Shown here piece after piece: positions 10,445 through 20,858 of a DNA stretch of 64,000 nt. Positions within the stretch are counted from its first letter, which is position 1, and every line of letters begins with the position of its first letter. The position numbers and the translations under genes are program-made. Origin of the DNA: Phoronis australis (taxonomy: Eukaryota > Animalia > Phoronida). The notes beneath the pieces are model-generated. The model was not told the origin of the DNA and searched no databases. It worked only from the letters and a program-made list of their open reading frames with translations. The DNA is taken from positions 503,761 to 567,760 of the forward strand of contig NMRA01000036.1 of the NCBI GenBank assembly GCA_002633005.1, read 5' to 3'.

Positions 10445-12002
10445 TAACACCCCCTAGTGGCAATTTTTTGCATCCACGGCTTTTCTCCTAATCCTTTGAA
10501 GGATCTTTGTGAAATTTGGCAGACATGTTCTTATGGAGGTGACAACAGATGGAATTCCTTGTCGCATTTTCACGAAATTTGGCAGATCGCTGTTATCAGA
10601 GAGACCACAAACCCCCAATTTCAGATGGGTTTGATGTACTATCTAGCAGCCTTTTTATTATTTTTAAATCACATTTTATAAGCAGGTCCCTAAGGCAAGC
10701 TCTTAGATTCTTAACAGTTGGGGGGCACATGGGAGGCGGAGCATCCCATGGGATTTGAAAGTCCTTTTTTCAAATTTATTTGTATTAACCTGGATTTTTG
10801 TTCAATCCACAGGTAGCTATTGCAATTTGTAAGTTGAACCTGAACTCCAAAATATTGGTGAAATATGTACTTTGTGTACCGTAATCCAGATATGCACTTT
10901 GTACAATGTCATCAAAAAGTCATACTCCTAACAGTCAGTTTGACATGTACTAGTTTCTCACCAACAACTTCCGATTTTCAAAAGAATATTGTTTTTATGA
11001 TACTGTGGGGGAAAAGTTTCAACATTGTGTCGTTATAAAACCACCAGAAATATTTCTATTGCGAAATTCTCAAATGTTAGTCTACGCTTTTCAAACTTCC
11101 ATCCGTTCGATGGCGGTATTCTTCTTTACGATAATAAGTGCCCACATATTTCAGACCGACCCGAATACTGCTGTGCCCCCTAGTGGCAATTTTAGTTTTT
11201 TACGTTTTCCTATGTATCTTTGGAGTTCCTTGATGGATTTTCATGAAATTTGGTAAAAAGGTTTTTTACTACAAAGGCGATGATGCCATTCCATTTTCGG
11301 ATGGATTCGACGAATTTTACGCCACCTTGTGGACATTTTTATTTTTGCGCCCATTTTCTGGCATCGGCCTCGCTATCTGTCATACCGCTCATCGGAACAT
11401 TTATAAAAATTTCAAAATTATTGCTGATGAGAAGGCCTTGAGTGACAATGATTTTTGTGTAGTCCTCTAGAGGCGATATTTATTTATCTGTGACCAAGTC
11501 TCTTTAACTGTTTGCCATAGGATACAAATAAACAACCCTAGAAGCACACCGTTTGCGGTGCAGTCGTGGGCACATTTCAACGCAAGTACAAAGATCGACC
11601 AACAGGACTGTCATCTAACAACTGTCGAATCCTACAGCTTAGATAGATTTAAGACCTTTGATTGTTTATGGTAGTTACTCTCCTTCGTTGTTAGTGTACT
11701 TAATTAACATCAGGTTTCACTTGTTTTACTTAGTAGTTATTACATAATGTACTAATTACTGGATTTCACTATTCTCCATCCACGCACAATCACAAAGCAT
11801 ACTTACTTTTTAAACTGAACTCACAGTCAACTTCTGACGTCCTATTTTGCTGTCTTCCTTTTCTCGACTGTCCCAGCCCTATGCCTATTCCAGTTTTAAA
11901 CTTTACGCCTGCAAATTATTAGGGATACCTGGTTCCTCAGCTTCCTGTGTTCCTGCTAGAAGCACACAGTTTGCGATGCAATCGTGGGTGCATTTTAATG
12001 CT
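10445..12002 (+). mobile_element. Dispersed non-autonomous repeat family copy in the ELP6 intron
   Basis: Repeated CCCCCTAGTGGCAATTT...GAAATTTGG units (10449, 11176) and CTAGAAGCACAC...TGCAGTCGTGGG ends (11538, 11956). The same motifs recur at 48600-49410. Confidence 0.5.
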
Positions 12003-12106
12003 CTACCTTGCTCTTATTACAAAATATGAACATGTGTTTTAAAAACTCTGTAATGGTCTGATATCACAACATCTTCAGTCTGAATGGAAATTGTATTATT
12101 TTCCAG

Positions 12107-12223
12107 ATGGCTATATGCTGGCGATGTACTTCCTACTCAAGAAGTGACAAAAAGATGCAATTCAAAGTGCAAGACAAGTCTGTGACTCTGTTTGCACCTG
12201 GAACATCTTCAGCCATTTTGTAA
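12107..12223 (+). CDS. ELP6: Elongator complex protein 6, last exon (MAICWR...MQFKVQDKSVTLFAPGTSSAIL*)
   Basis: Acceptor ttttccAG at 12106, phase 0. The ending QFKVQDKSVTLFAPG matches the conserved ELP6 C-terminus. Joined protein is 261 aa. Confidence 0.92.
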   Translation: MAICWRCTSYSRSDKKMQFKVQDKSVTLFAPGTSSAIL

Positions 12224-13450
12224 ATTACCTTATTCTCCATGTATGGACACTAAAACTCTGAACAGTAGTGTGTTTGTTATTGATTGGGTTCCGTAAATCC
12301 TAGGCACTAGCGACAAAAGCTGGTATGATCACATTTTCTCTTGTAATGTATGGCTATAACTTGTATTAATTATTAAAGGCTTGTACTGCCATATCTTACT
12401 TTTTCGTGGGTTGCTTTGGTCAACAGAATGCACCCTGTGTTAGAAAAGTCTTATTCAAAAGAGAAATACAAAAATTTAATCTTGTCTGTCATATCACAAA
12501 CTAAGTTCCTCACATTTCTTTATTTCGTATAGAACCCGTAATGGCATACCGGGAACATATATTAACTTTTATTCAGAACCTGAACGGAGACATACACAAA
12601 AACTCTATTAAGACAGTTTTAAAAAATCACATTTTAATGAATCAGTCCCCTGTCCAAGCTTGCAAAAGAAATGGCTCGGAGTTTTCATTCCCCATGCCCA
12701 TTCGATACAAAGTTCGTTCATTTCCGTGTGACGTTATCATGTACTACATATGGTAATATATCTTACATATTTACATTGTATCGTCGCATGGAAGATGGCG
12801 TATTGTAATTGTGTTATTCCCCATTATCAATTTACTTTGCCATATATTCTTTCATACATCTACAGTGTATAAGTTTGTGTGAATTCTACGTCAGATTTTC
12901 TCACGCCTCGTGTGAAACACATTAAAATTCACATGCACAGTAGGTCTTGTAAATTGAAATAGTGAAACGTGGATCATTTATTGGACCGTCCTAATCCCGT
13001 CCCGTCCATCAAACAGGCAAGATTCACGGGGAGAGCTGGGGCCGTTCGGTATGGGTCCTGCAAAGTGTTTTTATATTTTAATTCCTTGAGGATTGAGTCC
13101 TGCTGGAGTCCCGCCCTGTCCTCGAATCGTGAAAATAAAATTCAGTGGAAGGACAGATTTTATGTCCCATCGCATCCCCTCCTACATGGCGGGTGCCCGT
13201 GGACTCCTAAATTCGCTTGAAAACAACCAAACACACGCGTTGAGATTTGGGCCACTTACAGCTGTAAAGGCTAACCTTACTTTCGATTCATATGAGAAGT
13301 GGTTTCTTGTTTTGGATAAACCTGACACTTCATTATTGCTTTAGACCATGCTTGGCACATGAAACGACAAGACAGGCCAACTCGTAGAGCCTGACGTCCA
13401 GCAACAATTGGAACTCGTAGTTCTTGCTAAGCCTAGAAATCGCCGCTTAT

Positions 13451-14330
13451 TACTTGGCGAAATAAATTTCGCCAAGTATGTTGCTCTTCCACTAAGTTTT
13501 TTTTTTTTTTTTTGTTTGTTCGCACGATACAGGTCGCAATTTTCGTCCGATCATCACGAAATTTACACACAACACGTACTTCCGGAAGTACTGGAAGCCT
13601 ATTGTTTTTTGTCAAAATCGGATCCAAGGTGGCGGCTGTGGCGGCCATTTTGTTTCCATTTAAAGGTTCAAATGCTTCTGTAGGCCACAAATTTTTACGT
13701 AAAAGGCTAAGAATCGGCACAGTTAATGGACCGGAAGTTTGCTACAAGTATACCGGAAATAGTTTACTTCCGGTTAAAGATGGCGGAAATATCGGCGATC
13801 GCGCATGCGCACCTCGATTTTGGCCTGAAAACGTTTTCTCTTCTAGAGGGCGAATTATATGACCAATTCCTTCGAATTTTTATAGGTATCAGTTTCTTGT
13901 AACATGCTAATATACAAAGCCAAAAAACCGGAAGTTGCTTTCAAGATGGCGGATCTGGCGCATGTTGACCTATTTTCAGTCGTGCTGGAGTGCGATTTTA
14001 AACGGGAAGAGAAAAAGACGTGATTTTTTGCATGTGGATTCTTTGAAGTATATTCTTTCAAATGGCCTGTAACAATTTTTTTCTCAGACTTACCATTTTC
14101 GAGTTATTTGACTTTGAATTTCTTAAAAAAACGCAAAATTTCATTTTTTTCGAAAAATTTACGGAATTAGGCGATACCATCAGTTTAGATAGAATTTTGA
14201 ACGGGCTTTCAGAAGATGTTTTCCATTTTTCGCTAGGACGTCTACTTTTTGAGTTATTTGAGATTTTTTGATAACGCTGTTCCTTTGTTGAGCGCTCTTT
14301 CTGCATTGATGTTGGTTTATCTTCTATTGA
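13451..14330. mobile_element. Non-autonomous repeat starting with a 13-bp-arm palindrome
   Basis: TACTTGGCGAAAT-AA-ATTTCGCCAAGTA at 13451-13478, then a T-run and a CpG-rich body. ATTTCGCCAAG recurs near 14481 and 14643. Confidence 0.45.
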
Positions 14331-14394
14331 ACTAGACTGTAGCCTATTTCTTGTTGATTTATGACATCTAAGTTCATCATATGAATGTTGTGAT

Positions 14395-14655
14395 GTTGTT
14401 CATCATCGCCACCACCATCACCATATTCGTCATCATCGTCGTCATCTTCGTCATCATCTCCGTCGTTGTCTTTTCCGTTAATTTCGCCAAGTGTCGCACA
14501 AGACTGTATCCTTTTTCTTACTGATTTCGGACTTCTACGTTCGTCATGTGTATGTTGTTATTACTTCTTTTGTTCAACCTCGCCACCATCGTCGTCATAT
14601 TCGTCATCTTCGTCATCATCTTTATCGTCATCTTTTTGGTTAATTTCGCCAAGGT
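14395..14655. repeat. Degenerate (CAT/CGT)n microsatellite, duplicated in tandem
   Basis: catcatcgtcgtcatcttcgtc tracts occur twice, each ending in TTAATTTCGCCAAG. Confidence 0.7.
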
Positions 14656-15469
14656 TCGCTCCTCGGAGCGCTTTCATTTGACTAGTGAACCATTTGAAAC
14701 CAATTTCATAATTATAAGGGGCTTAAGTAAAAAATACAATTTTGTGACAATTGACAGGTATATAGACGCTTCAAGTTGAAACTTATTTGTGTTTTTATTA
14801 CAATCAGCCCGAATCAAGTGACACGGCCTCCCCACTAATAGCCCAAACAAAAACGGGAACTAGGCTGACAAACTCAATCAAGTCTCAAAATTTCCATGAC
14901 GGCAATCCCTAGCGGCTGATGTGAAGCAGTCAAAATTTCGAAGGGTTGTCCAAGACTCAAAATTTTTGTTTTTGTCACCGTGTAATTTCCTACCCACTGG
15001 ATGACCTGTTGGAGGATGGGACTTTCAGGCTTTTTATAGTTTGCGTTTTAGGCAGTATGCAGGGGCCCCACGAAGGTGTCTAAATGTTTCTTTAAAGCTA
15101 CAATGAATAAACCCGCTTTCCATCATAACTTTTATTTATACCACTTTCCGTTTGGGAATTGATCTTAAATTATTGCTAAGTCAAAGTGGATGTGATATCT
15201 GGGCTTCGCAAGAACCGAATGTGGAACGTCAGAGCATGTCACTTGCGTCAAGCGTGGTCTCAGTTAACGACATATAATAAGGAACAAGCTGAGACCAGTT
15301 TTATAGCGGTGTGGCCTAAGCCAAAACTTTGCTTCTTGGAGTTGTTACGTACCACAATAACAAAGTATAATTTCAAATGAACAATATGAAACAAAATACA
15401 AGCGGGTGAGTGAGAAACTGTAAATAAGTGTACCTTTTGCACAGTCTTGAATAAGATAACCATTGCTTC

Positions 15470-15742
15470 GCTGTAAAGAACTTCCGGGGAGAAAGAGAGT
15501 CCATGAATCCATAGCGTCGTCTGGACTGTTCTTAGCTAGCGGGCGAGAGCTTAGAGACCGAAGCACATCCTTTGGCTACTGCCTCATGAACCACACCCAC
15601 GTCGTTGACTGTTCGAAGCTGGCGGGCGAGAAGGAGAGAGTCCACAAAACCATAGTGACGTCGTTGACTTCTTAGCTAGCGGACGAGAGCTTCACGACTG
15701 CATCACTTCCTATGGCTTGTGCCTCTTGAACCACACCCAACC
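15470..15742. repeat. Tandem ~140-bp duplication at the 3' side of the Gypsy relic
   Basis: CTTAGCTAGCGGxCGAGAGCTT...TGAACCACACCCA at 15531-15599 and 15671-15739. Confidence 0.6.
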
Positions 15743-15949
15743 CACAGTTCACAGTGGTTATACAGCCACAGCTCCATCTAATAGTGGAAGCTTAATTAAA
15801 GACCACATGACGCTGCACTTAGAAAGTATTGATCTAAGCAAATTTTAGGTACACTGAACAAAACCTAACAACTTCTTACGCTCCAACAGGGCATGCCGCT
15901 TTTACAGATCTCTTCTGACGCCGTGTTAGTCTGCAATTATACTATCTTT

Positions 15950-17225
15950 TCATCCAATGCGTTTTATCTCCAAATCATATTCCTGTACAATTAAGCTCCA
16001 ATTTAACAGACGCCTGTTTTTGTTTTTCATTTTACTCGAGAATACCAACGGATTATGATCCGTATACACCAACATTGGCTTTTGATTAGTGCATATACAC
16101 CGTCGTTGTAAGATCAATATCCAGGCTAGTAGCTCTTTCTCAATTATCGAGAAATTCCTTTGGTGCTTACTGTACTTCGACGAGAAGTATGCAACAGGAT
16201 GCTCATCAGAGTCTCTTATCATTTTGTTGCAATAACACAGCACGTGCAACTTCATGGTTGGCATAGCGACTGAAACGGCTACTAAAGCAGACGACTGGAG
16301 GACAGGAAATTGACATGTTTAAAAAAAAACTCAAACACATGTCGACAAGATTATGTTCAATAAATATGACATTTTTTCTCAACAAATTTGTGAGTGGCAG
16401 TGGCACGTCGGCAAAATTCTTACAGAACGTGCGATAATGCCCAATCATTCCCAAGAAAAGATGTCCCCGACAGCGGAAACCGCAAACGACAAAACGGCGT
16501 GACCTTGGTATATACTGGGGCAACCTTACCTTGCTCAATCACATGACCTAAAAAAGTTAGCCTACATTAGCTTGACCATACTCACATTTGGTTAAATTCA
16601 CTGACAAATTCGTCTTGGACAATATTTGAGAGAATCTGAAAAGTTGCTGGAGCATTGTTCATACCAAACAGTTCATACTCATAAAGTCCAGATTGGTTAC
16701 AAATGCTTATATTTTCCTGGAACAATCAGCGAGCGGTACACACCAGTAACCTTTTAACAAGCCAGTCTTGGTGAGGAATGTGGCTCCTCCCATTTCCCAC
16801 AGCTCAATGTGTTCGCCCAAACTTTGGGAGCAATTTCTAATATTTAAATACCAACTCTATCATTTGGGATTGTTGCACAGTTTAACTGAGAGAACATATA
16901 TTGTCAATGTTTTCAAGCACTTCAGTGTTGGTTAATTTGAAAGGAACCACCTCAGATTTGACAAGAGGCTCACTGGGATCATCACTGTTGCTAACTCAGG
17001 GCCAGTTTTGCTAAGGATAGCGGCCATGGCTGCTGCAACATCAATTGAGCCGTTAAAAAAAGATTTGAGCATATTGATATGACACTACGAGGCTTGCATC
17101 TGTCAGGAGTCTGAACTACATAGGTGAGATCGCTAACTTTAGAATGCTCTGTCGTTCCATGGAACCTAGCTTGCAATGGGTTTGACCGGATAGGAAACCG
17201 TCAGTACAAACACCTTGTCACCAAG
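15950..17225 (-). mobile_element. pol: Decayed Ty3/Gypsy pol with Gmr1-type domain order (IN, RT, RNase H)
   Basis: On the minus strand: GDKVFVL...LQARFHG...KVSDLTYVVQTPDR (IN C-terminus, 17223-17090); TKTGLLKGYWCVPL (~16775-16733), LSVNLTKC and FLGMIGHYRTFCKNFA (RT); YFSSK..KHQRNFSIIEKE, VYTDHNPL, W.L.VQEYD (RNase H). Many stops and deletions. Confidence 0.85.
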
Positions 17226-18423
17226 TTTGTAATGTTCTGCCCTAGTTTTCCTATCATATACTTTCATCCTATGTTGGCTAGACTCAAGGTTCCACTTGTC
17301 CAATTCACAGGTCCTGTGCAGTCCTCATCATTACGGCTTTTTCCCGTTTCTCCCAACTTGTTCGATTCTATAGCCCAACAACAAGTTGGGAAGATCACCC
17401 CTGTAGCCAATATCTTACACGACTTATCAACTCCATTCTGGCATTATGGCCGGCTCTCTTTTGTTCGATAGTTGCTCTAATCTCCGATCAGATCGTATAT
17501 CTAGCCTGACTGAGCTGTGCTGCTAACATGAAAGTTAAGTTGTAACACATTTGAACATAAACCAATAGCATTTCTGAATTTCTTGTCAAGTGCTGATCAT
17601 GTTTAGTTTTTGAATCACCAAAATCGCCCAACTACAACAGAAGTTAAGACAATCTATTCTGCCAGGTTTTAGTAACCAGTGAAGCCTGGGAGATAATTGG
17701 CCTGCTTGTTGTCATACGGGACATAAGACTTAGCTGGGTTGTTAACAAAGGAGCCAGATGTTATCGCACGTTCAGAACCCTTCACACCTGGAAAAGTTGC
17801 TGAACGACAGAACGCCGTCATGTAATAACAAACACGCCTTTAACAGGAAAGCTATCATACGCACGAACATGTTGTTCGATGCTCGTGTATATGATTTTGT
17901 GGCTGTATCTCCGAGGGTAATGTTTTGGTTCGTGCTCATGATTTTTGTTCGCGATTGGGTTATTTTTGAGTTCTTTGCACGATTCATGTATGCGTGATGT
18001 TTTGGTTCGTATGCATGATTCATAGGTTTGTAGGTAGTTCGTGAGTAACATGTGATGTCCGTTCGTATGATTCCATGCCCCTGTAATGGCAAAATTACTC
18101 ACTGCAACTGTGGTAACACAGATCTCAATGTAGTGGGAAGAAATAAATAATTTTCAGTGCAGTATTCTGACTTGAAAGTTTTACAAAAATGTAATCTAAC
18201 ACCATCAGTATTTGCCAGCCCTGCCATGCTGACCGCCGGCCGGGAGTGTAGTGCCCGTGGAAATGTGACCCAGTTCGTTTTTTCTTAATGCTGGAGAACT
18301 TTGTTATTCAGTGGCGCAATAATTTCATGGGTTTAAGTAGGAAACTGTTGAGTGTTCACTCCCAAGTATGGTCCACTTTCTAAGAGTTGTTTCTTCGGCC
18401 ACTTGCACTAAAATTGCCTGTGG

Positions 18424-18655
18424 TACCGGGAATTTCCGTAGATAAGCCCATGAGCGTGTATTCGGAAAATGAAAATTCTCAGGCGTTTTAGCAAGACCAA
18501 TTAGACGCCCAGGCGTTTATTCGGAAAAGGGAGCGTGTAAACGGAAAGCCATTTTTTACTTGGCTTGACGCCCATGGGCGTGTATTTGGCATAATTTTCC
18601 GAATAAACCCTCATGGGCGTTTCATCGGGTGGGCTTATCTACGGAAAACCCCGTG
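18424..18655. mobile_element. Palindromic MITE
   Basis: Perfect 18-bp inverted repeat TTTCCGTAGATAAGCCCA (18433-18450) / TGGGCTTATCTACGGAAA (18630-18647), with internal GGCGT..TATTCGGAAAA subrepeats. Confidence 0.7.
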
Positions 18656-19261
18656 TTTGAATGTGGTTGGAGGTCCTGTTCTGTTTTCATGCTCGAGTGA
18701 GAGTTTTTGCGGTGTGCTGTAAAGGGTGCGTGCCCGTGGTAAGAGTTGGTTTTCATTCCGTGCGTTTCTCATACAAAAATAAAATCTTTGTATTATTGAC
18801 GATTGTATATTTCAAATTCTGTGTAATGATATAAATTGACAGGCTATCGCAACATTTATTTTTTTTGAGATCGGTTAAGCGAGAAATCTTCTTCAATAAA
18901 AATCACCAGTTCTCTTTGAAACTCTTATCTGATCGTCATCACCAACCGCAATTTTCCTGGTTCACAAACATCACTCATGCCATCATTGCTGTCACAACAC
19001 ACGTATCGCTATCATCCATATTTACGGAAACAACAGACCAGCATTCAACTCAAACACATGCAGAAAATGAGGTAATGAAAGCACTTGGATATCTACCTTA
19101 CCTCATCAAATGTGCCAGTTCCATTTCCGAGAAACAGTTGTACCCAGTAAGTATACCAAAGTTTTCTGGAGGACATAAGTTATAAGAAGTCCAGGTCCTG
19201 GTAATTTAACCAGCCCCTTCACCGCAATTTTCGCTCACCCCAGAATAGTGTAGTGAGTTGT

Positions 19262-19880
19262 TTTCATAGGTCATAGGTTAAAGGTCAAAGGTTAAATTCC
19301 AGATGTCAAGGGTGGAATTGGAAGTGACGCCATCCGCAGACCGGAAGGAAGTGACAATGACGTCGCAGGTCAAGGGAAAAAAGTCAAATTAGACCTGGAA
19401 CTGACGTTTGTTTTCTATTTATAATTCTAGTCCCTATCATGGGTTAGAGATACGCGACATTTGTTGTTTAGAGATGAGGGAGATAACTTAATGCAATATC
19501 ACCACGTTAGAATCAATATTTTGTTCCCACTCTTGGTCAGTTGAACCCTACAATGCCATTTGAACGTCTTTTACTACCCCGCTTGGTGGATGGTGCCATG
19601 CCCTATACACACTATAGTGTCAGCATTCATCTACACGTCACCTCCGTTCTGCACGACACTTCCAAATCCATCTTAACCTCGTTTTCACTTCCAGTTACAA
19701 ATACAAACTTTGACTGAGGTCCCTCTCTTATGAAAAGGTAGGACTTGTTTCCGTGTTTAATGTGATCTATTTAACTTTTAACTGTGACGTCATTGTTATT
19801 TCCTTTCTGTTTGCGGATGACGGCTCTTCCAGTTCCATCCTTGACATCTGACATTTAACGTATGACCTTCCCATACGAAA
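19262..19880. repeat. Diverged ~130-bp inverted repeat pair around a ~360-bp spacer
   Basis: 19262-19395 (AAGGTCA...CAGATGTCAAGGGTGGAATTGGAAG...CATCCGCA...ACAATGACGTC) is mirrored at 19767-19880. Confidence 0.7.
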
Positions 19881-19882
19881 AT

Positions 19883-19968
19883 ATAGGATCCTATAGGAAG
19901 TCCTATAGAATCCTATAGGATTCCTAAAGGATAAGTTTTCCTATAGGAATTCCTATAGAAATTCCTAT
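19883..19968. repeat. Minisatellite of CCTATAGGA units
   Basis: About seven (T)CCTATAG(G)A units in tandem. Confidence 0.75.
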
Positions 19969-20711
19969 TGTTAATGGAAATGGATGACGAGAGGCACCAG
20001 AGGCTGTACATCTTTTGTGCTCCGGTACCAGACACAACTGGCGTAACGAATCTAGGCTCCAAGTTTGTTCACCTGCCTCTAGTACATACCATTAAGAGGA
20101 AACGAAGACGACGTGGCAGGTTGTTTTCCCAGTTAACACAGTTCGTATTTAAAATGTTTAGTACAAAAATTTAAAAATGACAAATAAAATGAGACAATGT
20201 AGAAGCTGATTAACTAGTTTTAAACAGGTTGGTAGAACAAGGCCTTTCACGCCATTGGTCTTCATACCTGACGAAGGGACGCTAGTGTCTTCGTACCTGA
20301 TGAAGGGACGCTGGCGTCTTTAATGAAATGAATAAATTACAGGATTTTAAAGTGTTTTCCCAGCTTCTGCATTGTATAAAACTGTATGTCGCAGTGCATG
20401 GGTTATGACGGTCTGTAAGACCCCCAAAAACAGCAAAGAAAATATAATGACACCCCAGGTTCAAACTTCATTGTCTGTTATACTATAACACCTGAAGATG
20501 ATCACGAAAATGGCCTACTGAAACGTCGTGCAAACGTAAATAGGCTAAAGAATAAATATAATTCAGTCATAACGTTGCGAAACAGTACGACAGTCGGTGC
20601 TTCGATGGTGAGTAAAACTTGTTAAAGTTACTGTGCGAGCTTGTGCCATAATTTAAGTTCGAATAATGCTTCATTCTGATACATGAAAGCGTTCAGGTCC
20701 AATACTCATAC

Positions 20712-20858
20712 CTGTACTATACACCGCAATGTAACCATTGCCCCCACACCATTGGCTTGGCTCACCAACATCACACGGAGTCGCACACAGTCTCGTAACC
20801 ACTTTTCCGTTTTCCCCATATGTATTTCCACATAAGCAGTGATGTCCATCTGTCAAGC
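20712..20858 (-). CDS. Mosaic gene exon: WSC C-half (CLCGNTYG...C.TPC...WCGG...AVYST)
   Basis: 147 nt, phase 1/1; donor GTATGA shows the gene continued. Confidence 0.85.

Noticed and set aside
14546-14779. Hydrophobic membrane-protein-like ORF
   Set aside because: It is the translation of the (CAT/CGT)n microsatellite.
17735-17765. PBS/LTR junction for the Gmr1-like relic (ACA-TC-TGGCTCC on the minus strand)
   Set aside because: Only ~7 nt of tRNA complementarity and no matching second LTR found.
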